A stretch of 64,000 nucleotides of DNA from Clostridia bacterium (GTDB lineage Bacteria; Bacillota; Clostridia; Oscillospirales; CAG-272): assembly GCA_017415805.1 (NCBI GenBank), contig JAFQEC010000008.1, forward strand, positions 644-64,643, in the 5' to 3' direction. The translations under genes and the position numbers were made by a program. Below the pieces are notes generated by a model. That model did no database searches. It was given only the letters and a program-made list of their open reading frames with translations, and was not told the origin of the DNA. Each line of letters opens with the position of its first letter. Positions within the stretch are counted from its first letter, which is position 1. Shown piece by piece: positions 52,877 to 62,814 of this stretch.

Positions 52877-53164
52877 ATGATTTTGAACATTGCAGACAGA
52901 ATCAAATACCTTCGCGACAAAGCAGATCTGACACAAACCGATCTCGCACGCGCGCTCGGTATCTCGCGCAGCGCCGTAAATTCCTGGGAGATGTCTCTTT
53001 CCACCCCTTCGCTTTCCAACATTGTGGAAATGACAAAGATCTTTCACATCAATGCGGATTATTTATTGGGGGCAAACGACAAAATTTTTGCTGACATTAC
53101 CGAATTGAGCAACGAGGAACGGGAAATCGTCTTGCGCTTGATCGAATGCTTAAAAAAGAAATAA
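52877..53164 (+). CDS. XRE-family helix-turn-helix regulator (95 aa)
   Basis: AAAGGATGA RBS. HTH LTQTDLARALGISRSAVNSWE. Confidence 0.85.
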   Translation: MILNIADRIKYLRDKADLTQTDLARALGISRSAVNSWEMSLSTPSLSNIVEMTKIFHINADYLLGANDKIFADITELSNEEREIVLRLIECLKKK

Positions 53165-53203
53165 AAAAACGGATTTTGCCATACGTGGCAAAATCCGTTT
53201 TTC
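53163..53203. terminator. bidirectional hairpin terminator
   Basis: Stem CGGATTTTGCCA / TGGCAAAATCCG flanked by an A-run and a T-run. Confidence 0.85.
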
Positions 53204-53205
53204 AT

Positions 53206-53973
53206 TTAGCAAGTTTTCGACAGGAACGCGCGGGTCTTTTCGCTCTTGGGGCGGTCAAAGACCTCCTCAGGTGTGCCCTCCTCCTCGATCACGCCGTCCG
53301 CCATGAAGATCACGCAATCCGATACGTGGCGCGCAAACTCCATCTCGTGCGTGACGATGATCATGGTACGCTCCGAGTCCTTGAGCGATCGGATCACCTT
53401 CAGCACCTCACCCGTGAGCTCGGGGTCGAGCGCCGAGGTCGGCTCGTCAAAGCACAGGATGTCGGGCTCGAGCATGAGCGCCCGTGCAATGGCCACGCGC
53501 TGCTGCTGACCGCCCGAGAGCTCACACGGGTAGGCGTTCGCCTTATCGGTGAGTCCCACGGTCTCCAGAAGCTTTTGCGCGCGTGCAGCGATCTGCTCTG
53601 CCGTTTCGCGGGGCCCCTCAGTGCTCTTGCGCTTGGCACGCAGCTTGGGGGCAAGCATCAGGTTGCCCAGCACGCTGTACTGCGGAAAGAGATTGAACTG
53701 CTGGAATACCAAGCCAAAGGAAAGCTGCGCCTCGGCGGAAACCACGGGCTTTTGCCCATCGACTGCGTGATACACGCTTTTTCCTCCCACCAGGATCTCG
53801 CCGCTATCCGCCTTTTCCAAAAAGTTCAGGCAACGTAGCAGCGTGGTCTTGCCACCGCCCGACGAGCCGATGATCGACAGCACCTCACCCTTGTTCAGTG
53901 CCAGATCCACACCCTTTAGCACCTCGTTGCTTCCAAAGCGCTTGCAAAGGTTCTTTACTTCAAGCATTTTCAT
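53206..53973 (-). CDS. amino-acid ABC transporter ATP-binding protein
   Basis: Walker [10 protein letters not shown], signature LSGGQQQR, Walker [12 protein letters not shown]. Confidence 0.95.
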   Translation of the reverse strand: MKMLEVKNLCKRFGSNEVLKGVDLALNKGEVLSIIGSSGGGKTTLLRCLNFLEKADSGEILVGGKSVYHAVDGQKPVVSAEAQLSFGLVFQQFNLFPQYSVLGNLMLAPKLRAKRKSTEGPRETAEQIAARAQKLLETVGLTDKANAYPCELSGGQQQRVAIARALMLEPDILCFDEPTSALDPELTGEVLKVIRSLKDSERTMIIVTHEMEFARHVSDCVIFMADGVIEEEGTPEEVFDRPKSEKTRAFLSKTC

Positions 53974-53988
53974 TTTGCCCTTGCCCCC

Positions 53989-54636
53989 TTATGCCTTGAA
54001 ATAATCCAGCTTCTTTTCCAACCAACGGAAGAAGACGGTGAGCAACGCCGTAAAGACCAGATAATACACAGCAGTATAGAACAGCGGCCAGAGAATACCG
54101 CCGTTTTTGATGTAGCGCTGTGCGAAATAGATCAGCTCGTAGTAGGTGATGATGCGCGCAAGCGAGGTATCCTTGACCAGCGTAATGATCTCATTGGACA
54201 TCGGCGGAATGATGCGCTTGACCACCTGAAGCAATATCACCTTGAAGAAGGTCTCGCTCTTGGTCATGCCGAGCACCTGCCCTGCCTCATACTGTCCCTT
54301 GGTGATCGACTGTATGCCACCGCGATAGATCTCGGAAAAATAGCAGGCGTAGTTGACGGTAAAGGTGATGTAGGTGGCACTGTAAGCCGAAAAAATCGGT
54401 GTGCCGAACACGATGCCGGGGCCGTAATACACCACGATCAGCTGCAGCATCAGCGGCGTGCCGCGCACGACCCAAACGATCCCGCGCGTGAGCGCCGACA
54501 ACGGCTTAAATTTTGCCATTGAGCCAAACGCAATGATCAACCCCAACGGCAACGCTAAGGCGAGGGTCACACCAAAGATCTTCAGTGTTTCACCAAAGCC
54601 CACGAGCAGGTCTAACGTAATACTCCAAAAATTCAT
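53989..54636 (-). CDS. amino-acid ABC transporter permease (His/Glu/Gln/Arg/opine type)
   Basis: 215 aa with 5 TM helices. Typical SEIYRGGIQSI..GQ.EA block. Confidence 0.9.
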   Translation of the reverse strand: MNFWSITLDLLVGFGETLKIFGVTLALALPLGLIIAFGSMAKFKPLSALTRGIVWVVRGTPLMLQLIVVYYGPGIVFGTPIFSAYSATYITFTVNYACYFSEIYRGGIQSITKGQYEAGQVLGMTKSETFFKVILLQVVKRIIPPMSNEIITLVKDTSLARIITYYELIYFAQRYIKNGGILWPLFYTAVYYLVFTALLTVFFRWLEKKLDYFKA

Positions 54637-54701
54637 ATTTCCTCACAGCAACACAATGACACGGGGCGCCGTTGGGCACCCCGTGCTTACGTTTTTTCGA
54701 T

Positions 54702-55523
54702 TTATTTCTTGATCAGCGCCTTGGCCAGCGTCAGATCCACGATCGCGGCATCGGACGTACCCGACAGGACCTCAAGGATCGCATCGGTCTGTCCCGTCAC
54801 AGCCTTCAGACCGCCCGCCAAGGTCGCATTCTCCTTGATCACGGTCTCACCCGCGGAGCCACCCTCGGCCGCCAGCTTCTTGCCTGCCAGGCTTGCCAGA
54901 TCCTTGTAGGTGTCGGCCATATCCTTCTTGATAACGGCCACCTGCGTGTTGTACATGTAGGGCTGCGTGCAATCAGCCGCATTCTCGATCGCCTCGGTGA
55001 TGGTCATGCCGTTCCAGATGCAGTCGATGGTCTTGCCCTCAAGCTCGAGCAGCTTGTTATCCCAGTCGATCTCGCGGAACTCGGCCGTAACGCCCAGCTT
55101 CTCACAAACAAGACGTGCGTAATCGGCGTCAAAGCCGACCCATTCGCCGTTTTCCTGATAGTCCATGGGCTTGTAGTCGGTGATACCGATCACCAGCTTG
55201 CCCTTTGCCTTGATCTCGGCAAAATCGGTGGAGCCGGAGCAAGCGTCGGCCTTGGGCGTGTACTCATCCTTGCCCACAGCACCAACACCGTACTTCTCAG
55301 AAAGCTCTGCCAGCTTGCCGTCCTTGATCAGCTCCAGGGTGATGTCCTCTACCTTGCGCGTGAGGTCCGAGCCGCTGCGGAAGGCGATGCCGAAATACTC
55401 GCGCTCCAGGCCAAGATCGACGTAGGTCAGATCCTTATAGGGGTCCTTCGAGCAGGAAGCGAAGGAAACGGCGCAGCCGGCGATCATCAGCACGGCCAGC
55501 GCAAGCGTCAAAATTCTTTTCAT
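54702..55523 (-). CDS. amino-acid ABC transporter substrate-binding lipoprotein (family 3)
   Basis: Lipobox FASC. Typical GFD.D and D....G.T.T..R pattern. Confidence 0.9.
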   Translation of the reverse strand: MKRILTLALAVLMIAGCAVSFASCSKDPYKDLTYVDLGLEREYFGIAFRSGSDLTRKVEDITLELIKDGKLAELSEKYGVGAVGKDEYTPKADACSGSTDFAEIKAKGKLVIGITDYKPMDYQENGEWVGFDADYARLVCEKLGVTAEFREIDWDNKLLELEGKTIDCIWNGMTITEAIENAADCTQPYMYNTQVAVIKKDMADTYKDLASLAGKKLAAEGGSAGETVIKENATLAGGLKAVTGQTDAILEVLSGTSDAAIVDLTLAKALIKK

Positions 55524-55586
55524 GATTGTTGTCTCTCTTTCTGAAATGTAGTGCGCTTTATCACTTTACTTTAATAAAGCACGTAT

Positions 55587-55616
55587 AGTATAGCACCCTT
55601 ACGCGGCGCTTGTCAA
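55587..55616 (-). promoter_or_regulatory. sigma-A type promoter of the amino-acid ABC operon
   Basis: TTGACA, 18-nt spacer, TATACT on the minus strand. Confidence 0.55.
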
Positions 55617-55715
55617 GCCTTTTTTAGAAATTTCTATAAAAAACGAAAAATATATAGCAAATTTCCCAATACTATGATATACTGAATTTGATTTTTCAAG
55701 AAAGAGGCAACCCTT

Positions 55716-57128
55716 ATGAGAAAAACAAAGATCGTATGCACCATCGGCCCCGCCAGCAACAATCGCGAGACCCTTGTCGCCATGTGCCGCGCGGGCATGA
55801 ACGTGGCACGCTTAAACTTTTCGCACGGCACGCATGAGGATCATTTGCGCACCATCGAGCTGATCCGCTCGGTGCGCGAGGAGCTGCACGAGCCCATCGC
55901 CATTCTGCTGGATACCAAGGGGCCCGAATACCGCATCAAAACCTTTGAAAACGGCTTTGTATATCTGAGAGAGGGGGATGAATTTGCCTTCACCTCGAAG
56001 GATATTGTTGGCAACGAGCACGAGGTGTCGGTGAGCTATGCGGGGATGATCGGCGAGCTGAATATGGGGGATACGATCCTGCTCAACAACGGGCTTCTTT
56101 CCTTCCGTGTGATCCGCACCGAGCCCGAGCGCGTGGTTTGCCGCGTGGTCGAGGGGGGCGAGCTGCGCAACCGCAAGAGCATGAGCTTCCCCGGCAAGGT
56201 CCTGCAACAGACCTTCCTCTCGGAGCAGGATAAGGAGGATCTGCGCTTTGGCATTGCGCACGATGTGGACTACATCGCCTGCTCCTTCGTTTCCACCCGT
56301 CAGGACCTTTTGGACGTGCACGCGTTTTTGAAGGCAAACAACGGCGAGGGCATCGGTGTGATCGCTAAGATCGAAAACCAGTCGGGCGTGGACAACATTG
56401 AGGATATTTGCCGCGAATGTGAGGGCATCATGATCGGCCGCGGCGATATGGGCGTGGAGATCCCCTATGAGGAGCTGCCCGCCATTCAGAAAAAGCTGAT
56501 CACCAAATGCCGCATGCTTGGCAAGCGCGTCATCACCGCCACCGAGATGCTGGAATCCATGATCTACAATCCCCGTCCCACGCGTGCCGAGATCTCGGAC
56601 GTGGCCAACGCCGTGTACGACGGCACCAGCGCCGTGATGCTCTCGGGCGAGACCGCGGCAGGCAAGCACCCCGTTGAGGCCGTTGCCGTGATGGCCAAGA
56701 TCGCCGAGCAGACCGAAAAAAACATTCATTATGAAAAGCGCTTCACCCGCACGGATTTTCAGATCCGCAACACGCTGGACGCGATCTCGCACGCCGCTTG
56801 CTGTATGGCGATCGACATCCACGCAAAGGCCATGGCCGTCTGCTCGCTCTCGGGCATGACCGCGCGCATGGTGTCGCGCTTCCGTTCTCCCGTGGATATT
56901 ATCGGCATCACCACCGAGGAGCGCACCTGGCGCAAGCTGGCGCTTTCCTGGGGCGTGACCCCCGTGATCTGTGAGGCCTTCCCCTCGACCGAGGTGCTGT
57001 TCTATTCAGCCAAGCAGGTCGTGAGGCGCATGCTGGATCTGCAAGCGGGAGACCGCATCGTGGTGACGGGCGGCGTCACCAATGGGCAGTCGGGAAATAC
57101 GAATTTGATCAAGGTTGAGGAGATCTAA
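55716..57128 (+). CDS. pyk: pyruvate kinase
   Basis: Conserved blocks MRKTKIVCTIGPAS, NFSHG, MIGRGDMGVE and MLESM. Confidence 0.97.
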   Translation: MRKTKIVCTIGPASNNRETLVAMCRAGMNVARLNFSHGTHEDHLRTIELIRSVREELHEPIAILLDTKGPEYRIKTFENGFVYLREGDEFAFTSKDIVGNEHEVSVSYAGMIGELNMGDTILLNNGLLSFRVIRTEPERVVCRVVEGGELRNRKSMSFPGKVLQQTFLSEQDKEDLRFGIAHDVDYIACSFVSTRQDLLDVHAFLKANNGEGIGVIAKIENQSGVDNIEDICRECEGIMIGRGDMGVEIPYEELPAIQKKLITKCRMLGKRVITATEMLESMIYNPRPTRAEISDVANAVYDGTSAVMLSGETAAGKHPVEAVAVMAKIAEQTEKNIHYEKRFTRTDFQIRNTLDAISHAACCMAIDIHAKAMAVCSLSGMTARMVSRFRSPVDIIGITTEERTWRKLALSWGVTPVICEAFPSTEVLFYSAKQVVRRMLDLQAGDRIVVTGGVTNGQSGNTNLIKVEEI

Positions 57129-57132
57129 ATAC

Positions 57133-57162
57133 AAAAAGCCACCCACACGGGTGGCTTTTTGT
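57133..57162. terminator. bidirectional hairpin terminator
   Basis: Stem AAGCCACCC / GGGTGGCTT followed by a T-run. Confidence 0.85.
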
Positions 57163-57167
57163 GCTTA

Positions 57168-58154
57168 TCAGCGGTATTGCAGGGTATCCTCGCGCGTCTC
57201 CCGATCGACCTTTTTCAGATCGTCCTCGGTCTCCTTGACCAGGTATACGGGGCGGTGCTTGGCCTCGTGCAGGATTTTGGCGATGTATTCGCCAAGCACA
57301 CCCATTCCAAAGAGGATCAACGCGCCGACAAAGAGCACGGCGATGAAAATGGGCGAGAGCTCCATAAATTCGTGAAAACGCGCGTCGGTTGCGGCAAAAA
57401 CGATGTGTGCCGCCAGAACCCCCAATGCGCCCAGCATGCAAAGAAGCGACAGGAAGAAATTGATCTTCAGGGGTGCGGTCGAAAAGTCCTCGATCCCGTC
57501 AATGGCGTATTTGGATAGCTTGCGGAAGCTCCATTTGGTGCTTCCCGCCACGCGGTCGATATTGCGGTATTCCAGCCACTTGGTCCGAAAGCCGACCCAA
57601 CCGAACAGGCCCTTGCTGAAGCGGTCAACCTCGCTCATCGAAAGAATGGCGTCGGTCATGCGGCGCGACATCAAGCGGTAATCGCGTGCGCCGTCCACAA
57701 TATCGGCATCACTCATGCGATTGATGATCTTATAAAAGGCACGGGCAAAAAAGCTGCGCACACGGGATTCCCCCTCGCGCGTGGTGCGCCGACAGCCGAC
57801 GCAGTCATAGCCCTCCTTCTTGATTCCGTGATACATCTCGCGCAACAGCTCGGGCGGATCTTGCAGATCAACGTCCATCAGCCCCACGAGATTCCCCGTG
57901 GCGGCTTTGAGGCCCGCATAGATCGCGCCCTCCTTGCCGAAATTGCGCGACAGCGAAATATAGCGCACCGATGCATCACGACGCGCCAGCGTGCGAAAGA
58001 TCTCCAATGTACGGTCGGTGCTGCCGTCGTCCACAAAGATCAGCTCATACTCCACGGGCAAGGTGGAAATCACCCCGACAAAGGCATCGTAAAAAAGTTC
58101 AATGCAGGCCTCCTCGTTCTTGCAAGGCACCACAATAGAAATTTTATCCGACAT
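57168..58154 (-). CDS. family 2 glycosyltransferase, polyprenyl-phosphate sugar transferase (GtrB-like)
   Basis: SIVVPCKNEE and DDGSTD motifs, a DxD region, and two C-terminal TM helices. Confidence 0.85.
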   Translation of the reverse strand: MSDKISIVVPCKNEEACIELFYDAFVGVISTLPVEYELIFVDDGSTDRTLEIFRTLARRDASVRYISLSRNFGKEGAIYAGLKAATGNLVGLMDVDLQDPPELLREMYHGIKKEGYDCVGCRRTTREGESRVRSFFARAFYKIINRMSDADIVDGARDYRLMSRRMTDAILSMSEVDRFSKGLFGWVGFRTKWLEYRNIDRVAGSTKWSFRKLSKYAIDGIEDFSTAPLKINFFLSLLCMLGALGVLAAHIVFAATDARFHEFMELSPIFIAVLFVGALILFGMGVLGEYIAKILHEAKHRPVYLVKETEDDLKKVDRETREDTLQYR

Positions 58155-58198
58155 ATGCTCTCCTTTCAGTCATCCGTCCGACGGCTTCAACCGAAACC

Positions 58199-58227
58199 AT
58201 TATACTAAAAAAGTCGTACGGTGTCAA
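58199..58227 (-). promoter_or_regulatory. sigma-A type promoter of the GT2 gene
   Basis: TTGACA, 17-nt spacer, TATAAT on the minus strand. Confidence 0.7.
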
Positions 58228-58441
58228 GCAATTTTTGCTTCATAGCACGTCGCGCTGCACGATCCTCTTGTTTTTGGGTTTATACGGTATCTCCATTCAC
58301 GGTCTTTGTTTTACACACTTGTGCTCCGTCCCTCTACCTTTGGCATACTCCCTCTCGATATAAGACGCAACAAAAGGGCATGCTCTGCAAACACGGTCGG
58401 CCCTTTCGTTTGCTTTTTTATCGCAGGAGTGGCTTTTTCTC

Positions 58442-58470
58442 TTGACAGATACGCATTTGCGTGATATAAT
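58442..58470 (+). promoter_or_regulatory. sigma-A type promoter of tRNA-Gln
   Basis: Perfect TTGACA, 17-nt spacer, TATAAT. Confidence 0.8.
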
Positions 58471-58501
58471 AAATGCGTTTCGCGGCTCTGCCGCTTCAAA
58501 A

Positions 58502-58576
58502 TGGGATGTCGCCAAGCGGTAAGGCACCAGACTTTGACTCTGGCATCCGTCGGTTCGAATCCGGCCATCCCAGCCA
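58502..58576 (+). tRNA. tRNA-Gln (anticodon TTG), CCA encoded
   Basis: Hand-folded. Acceptor TGGGATG/CATCCCA. Anticodon stem CCAGA/TCTGG with loop CTTTGAC. T loop GTTCGAATC. Confidence 0.9.
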
Positions 58577-58611
58577 AAAAAGGGCACCACTCATGGGGTG
58601 CCCTTTTTTGA
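58577..58611. terminator. bidirectional hairpin terminator
   Basis: Stem AAGGGCACC / GGTGCCCTT flanked by an A-run and a T-run. Confidence 0.85.
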
Positions 58612-58613
58612 AT

Positions 58614-59777
58614 TTATAAGTCCAGATCCTTTAATAATTTTGCAACGCGTTCCTTCCTGTCGTCTTGCGCGCTCACATTCGCCCGCAGCTGCCGCGATAC
58701 GTTTTTGGCGTCCCTTCCAAGCAACAGTCGAAGCCAACGCTTCACCTGATAGAACGGCAACAGATATTTTCGCTTTTCCAGATTCGGATACTGTAATGCC
58801 AATTGCCCGTACGGCAAAAGCACGCGCGACCACAAATACTTAAAACGACCGCCCTTTTTCGCGTGCTGCACCGCCACACGGTTTTTGGTGTCTGCATACA
58901 TCCCCGCATACAGGATGTAATCCTGTATATCCTTGGAAAGCTGTGTTTGCGCTACGCCGCCGATCCATACATTCGCCGCTTCCTCTGCCGCCCTTGCAAA
59001 GGTCAGCAAGCCGCCCCTTTGCAAAAGTCGTTCACACGCTTGCGAACAGCATCCGCGCTGCTGCAAAAAATAGATGTCCAAAAAGGGGCGCACGCCGCAG
59101 CCACCGATCTCAAAATGCTTTACCATATGCGCGATGTGATAAAAATAAAACATCTCGTCGGTCATAGCCTTTTGATACGACGTGCTTTCCACAACGTTTT
59201 CCCACACGTTCTGCAAAATAGCATCAGAGTCTTGCGCGCGATCCTGCTCAACCAAGCTGTGATGCAGCTCCAAGTGAACACCGCTCGGTGCATACAGGGA
59301 TACGTCATGCGAAGAGTCGATCTCTTGCACACGATACCTGAGATCACACACCAAGATCTGCTTGGCGTTCTCAAAATTCGACTTGTCAACCAAAACGTCG
59401 ATATCGCAGCTGGTACGCATCCAGGGCTCGGGATAATATTGTCGAAGCACGCTACCCTTCAGGGGGATAAACGGGATCCTTGCCCTCTCAAGCGTGTCGC
59501 AAATTTGTTCCAGCTCGTGGCGCAGCTGCTCATAGCGATACAGCGCCAAATAGCGTTCCTGCAAAAAGTGCTCTCGGGCTTTCGTTCCTTCGGGCAGCAA
59601 TCCCATCTTATCCAAGGCATCGCCCACCAAATGCACCAGATCGTGCCGTTTGGAAAGCTGAAACAATATGGGTAAGATCTCGGGCGTTATGGCGTTTTTT
59701 ACATCATCCGACGGCTGTGTGCCGTTGATCTCAAAGCGCAGCAGTGCAAAAAACGCTTTTTCTACGGTTGGTTGCAT
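58614..59777 (-). CDS. uncharacterised nucleotidyltransferase-family protein (PF14907-like)
   Basis: AAGGGAGA RBS. Pol-beta-type pattern LKGSVL...SCDIDVLV. Helical C-terminal domain. Confidence 0.6.
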   Translation of the reverse strand: MQPTVEKAFFALLRFEINGTQPSDDVKNAITPEILPILFQLSKRHDLVHLVGDALDKMGLLPEGTKAREHFLQERYLALYRYEQLRHELEQICDTLERARIPFIPLKGSVLRQYYPEPWMRTSCDIDVLVDKSNFENAKQILVCDLRYRVQEIDSSHDVSLYAPSGVHLELHHSLVEQDRAQDSDAILQNVWENVVESTSYQKAMTDEMFYFYHIAHMVKHFEIGGCGVRPFLDIYFLQQRGCCSQACERLLQRGGLLTFARAAEEAANVWIGGVAQTQLSKDIQDYILYAGMYADTKNRVAVQHAKKGGRFKYLWSRVLLPYGQLALQYPNLEKRKYLLPFYQVKRWLRLLLGRDAKNVSRQLRANVSAQDDRKERVAKLLKDLDL

Positions 59778-59794
59778 ACCCGTCTCCCTTTCTT

Positions 59795-60979
59795 TTAATC
59801 GCGGAAATACAGATCCCTTGTATAAACCTTGTCCAGAACGTCTCGGATCTCCTCGTCATAGCGATTGGCCAAAATAACGTCACACGTTGCCTTGAATTCA
59901 TCCAGATCCCGCATCACGCGGCTGTTGAAGAACAAGTCCTCTTTCATGGCAGGCTCATAGATCACGACCTCAATGCCCTTGGCCTTGATGCGCTTCATGA
60001 CTCCTTGAATACTGCTCTGACGGAAGTTATCACTACCTGCCTTCATCGTCAGGCGATACACACCCACCACCTTGGGATTTTTTGCCACGATCTGATCGGC
60101 AATAAAATCCTTTCTGGTGCCGTTTGCCGCAACGATTGCCGAAATGATGTTCTGCGGCACGGCGCTGTAATTTGCCAGCAGCTGCTTGGTGTCCTTGGGC
60201 AGGCAGTAGCCGCCGTAACCAAAGGAAGGATTGTTGTAGTGATCGCCGATACGGGGATCCAGGCCCACACCCTCGATGATGGATTTGGAATCCAGCCCCC
60301 TCACGCACGCATAGGTGTCCAGCTCATTGAAGAAGGAAACGCGCAGCGCAAGATAGGTATTTGCAAACAGCTTTACCGCCTCGGCCTCGGTCGGGTTCAT
60401 GTAACGAACCTCGATATTCTCCTTGATCGCGCCGTCCTGCAAGAGCCCCGCGAAGGTCTCGGCGGCCTTTTTCAGCCTTGCATTTTGCACGGGCACGCCG
60501 ACGATGATGCGGCTGGGGTACAGATTGTCGTACAGCGCTCTGCCCTCTCTTAAAAATTCGGGGCTGAACAGGATATTATCACAATGGTATTTTTCGCGCA
60601 CGCCCTCGGTAAATCCGACGGGAACCGTGCTCTTGACGATCATGATGGCGTCGGGGTTGACCGCGATCACCTGCTCGATGACGCCCTCCACCGACGAGGT
60701 ATCGAAATAATTTTTGCGTTCGTCATAATTGGTGGGGGTGGAAATAATCACGAGCTCGGCCTCACGGTACGCCGCCGCGCCGTCGGTCGTTGCCGTCAGG
60801 TGCAGCTCCTTGGTTGCCAGATATTCCTCGATCTCCTTATCGACGATGGGTGATTTTTTGTGATTGATCATCTCCACCTTGGCGGGTACGATGTCCACTG
60901 CCGTTACTTCGTTGTGCTGGGAAAGCAACACTGCCATGGAAAGGCCGACGTAGCCGGTTCCTGCAACTGCGATTTTCAT
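59795..60979 (-). CDS. ugd: UDP-glucose 6-dehydrogenase (nucleotide-sugar dehydrogenase)
   Basis: AAGGAGAG RBS. Rossmann GTGYVG. Catalytic-Cys block [10 protein letters not shown]. Confidence 0.9.
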   Translation of the reverse strand: MKIAVAGTGYVGLSMAVLLSQHNEVTAVDIVPAKVEMINHKKSPIVDKEIEEYLATKELHLTATTDGAAAYREAELVIISTPTNYDERKNYFDTSSVEGVIEQVIAVNPDAIMIVKSTVPVGFTEGVREKYHCDNILFSPEFLREGRALYDNLYPSRIIVGVPVQNARLKKAAETFAGLLQDGAIKENIEVRYMNPTEAEAVKLFANTYLALRVSFFNELDTYACVRGLDSKSIIEGVGLDPRIGDHYNNPSFGYGGYCLPKDTKQLLANYSAVPQNIISAIVAANGTRKDFIADQIVAKNPKVVGVYRLTMKAGSDNFRQSSIQGVMKRIKAKGIEVVIYEPAMKEDLFFNSRVMRDLDEFKATCDVILANRYDEEIRDVLDKVYTRDLYFRD

Positions 60980-61012
60980 TTCGTTCTCTCCTTAATATGT
61001 AAATGAAGTATT

Positions 61013-62086
61013 TTAGACCTTATAGAATTTCTTGTACCACTCGGCAAATTTGCGCAAGCCCACGCGAAGCGGCGTTGCGGGCTTAAACCCAAGATCCTCT
61101 TCGAGTGCCGAGGTGTCGGCAAAGGTGACGGGAACGTCGCCCGGTTGCATCGGTACAAGCTCCTTATGCGCCTCAAAATCGTAGTCCTCGGGCAAGACCC
61201 CTGCACGGATCAACTCCTGCTGCAAAATATCCACGAAATCCAGCAGATTTTCGGGGCTGCTGTTGCCGATGTTATAGACCTTGTATGGGGGCAACGGCAG
61301 ACCGTCCTCGCCGTTTTTCTTTTCGGGCGCGTGCTGCATCACCCGCTTCACGCCCTCCACGATATCGTCCACATACGTAAAATCGCGCTTGCAATTGCCG
61401 TAGTTGAAGATCTGGATCTTCTCACCCTTCAAAAGCTTATTCGTAAACCCGAAATACGCCATGTCGGGGCGGCCCGCGGGCCCATAGACCGTAAAGAAGC
61501 GCAGGCCCGTGGACGGAATGTTATACAGCTTGCTGTACGCGTGCGCGAGCAGCTCGTTGGATTTTTTCGTAGCCGCATACAGGGAAACGGGGTTGTCCAC
61601 CTTATCGTCGGTCGAATACGGAATCTTTTTGTTTGAGCCGTAAACCGACGAGCTGGACGCATATACCAAATGCTCGACGGGGTTCTGGCGGCATGCTTCC
61701 AGAATGTTATAAAAGCCGATCAGGTTGGACTCGATATAGACGTCGGGGTTTGTGATCGAGTAGCGCACCCCCGCCTGTGCGGCCAGATTGACGACGACCG
61801 TGGGCCGGTATTCACCGAAAATGCGGTCAACCAGTGCCTTATCTGCAATACTTCCGCGCACAAAATCCCATTTGCAATCGCCCTTTTTTGCCACCGCTTG
61901 TTCAATTTGGGACAGGCGGTATTCCTTGATCGAGACGTCATAATAGTCGTTCATGTTATCCATGCCGACGATATGAAGATCTTGATAAGAGCGAAGAAGC
62001 TCCAATACGAGGTTGCACCCGATAAAGCCTGCCGCACCTGTTATAAAAACGGTTTTATGATTCAAATCAATATTGGGCTTTAACAT
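61013..62086 (-). CDS. NAD-dependent SDR epimerase, UDP-glucuronate 4-epimerase-like
   Basis: GAAGFIG Rossmann motif and YAATKKS (YxxxK). The start overlaps the upstream gene's stop by 7 nt. Confidence 0.8.
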   Translation of the reverse strand: MLKPNIDLNHKTVFITGAAGFIGCNLVLELLRSYQDLHIVGMDNMNDYYDVSIKEYRLSQIEQAVAKKGDCKWDFVRGSIADKALVDRIFGEYRPTVVVNLAAQAGVRYSITNPDVYIESNLIGFYNILEACRQNPVEHLVYASSSSVYGSNKKIPYSTDDKVDNPVSLYAATKKSNELLAHAYSKLYNIPSTGLRFFTVYGPAGRPDMAYFGFTNKLLKGEKIQIFNYGNCKRDFTYVDDIVEGVKRVMQHAPEKKNGEDGLPLPPYKVYNIGNSSPENLLDFVDILQQELIRAGVLPEDYDFEAHKELVPMQPGDVPVTFADTSALEEDLGFKPATPLRVGLRKFAEWYKKFYKV

Positions 62087-62814
62087 ATTCCCTGATACTC
62101 CTTTTGAACTCTTTCATAGCTTTCGAGGTTGCCGATGTCATACCGTTTTCCGGGCATCTCCATGGCATGTATTGGCGTTTGCGTACACAGCCATGCAATA
62201 TAACTGCCAGGTGCATCCACACCGCACCCCGATGCAATACCCTTTTTCACAAGCCTTGCATCTGCTTTTGTATAATAATAGAAGGGGGGGCAGGCCCAAT
62301 TGGATCTCGGCTCGGCGGGCTTTTCGGTCAGGCAAATGATCTTATCCTTCTCATCCACCTCTGCCACGCCGCATTTTTTCAGCTTTTCCACGGACGGCTC
62401 AAAGTAGCGCATGATACAGGACGTACCCTTTTCCTTTGCGTAGGACACAAACCTTGTCAAGCTGAAATCAAGAAGGTTGTCACCTGCAATCACCAGCATA
62501 TCATCGTCAAGCGAAAGCTCGTCTATGGCATACTGAATATCACGAACCGCGCCAAGACGTGTCTCGTTGGTGCTTGTTCCGTCGTCCACAACGGTGATCC
62601 TTTGCGCCCTTTTCGCAGACCATTCCCGAAAGCAGTCGGCAAATTTGTGGTTGGAGATCACCACGTATTCGTCCACGGCCCCGAGCGAATCAATGTCGTC
62701 AATCAGCCAATCCAGAATGGTTTTGTCCTGCACCGTTAACAGCGGCTTTGGAAAATTTTGTGTCAAAGGATACAGTCTGGTGGCATATCCTGCCGCTAAA
62801 ATCAAACATTTCAT
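62080..62814 (-). CDS. sugar-1-phosphate nucleotidyltransferase
   Basis: The N-terminus LILAAGYATRLYPLT...PKPLL carries the GxGTR-type motif. ATGA overlap with the upstream kinase gene. Confidence 0.85.
   Translation of the reverse strand: MKCLILAAGYATRLYPLTQNFPKPLLTVQDKTILDWLIDDIDSLGAVDEYVVISNHKFADCFREWSAKRAQRITVVDDGTSTNETRLGAVRDIQYAIDELSLDDDMLVIAGDNLLDFSLTRFVSYAKEKGTSCIMRYFEPSVEKLKKCGVAEVDEKDKIICLTEKPAEPRSNWACPPFYYYTKADARLVKKGIASGCGVDAPGSYIAWLCTQTPIHAMEMPGKRYDIGNLESYERVQKEYQGIC

Noticed and set aside
54637-54701. Hairpin between the amino-acid ABC SBP and permease genes, considered as a terminator
   Set aside because: On the transcribed minus strand the stem (CACGGGGTGCC/GGCGCCCCGTG) is not followed by a T-run. 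It is more likely an intra-operon stabiliser that sets the SBP:permease ratio, which is ordinary for ABC operons.
58297-58590. 97-aa and 88-aa minus-strand ORFs
   Set aside because: They run antisense through tRNA-Gln and its promoter. The ORF at 24674-24946 likewise runs through tRNA-Leu.
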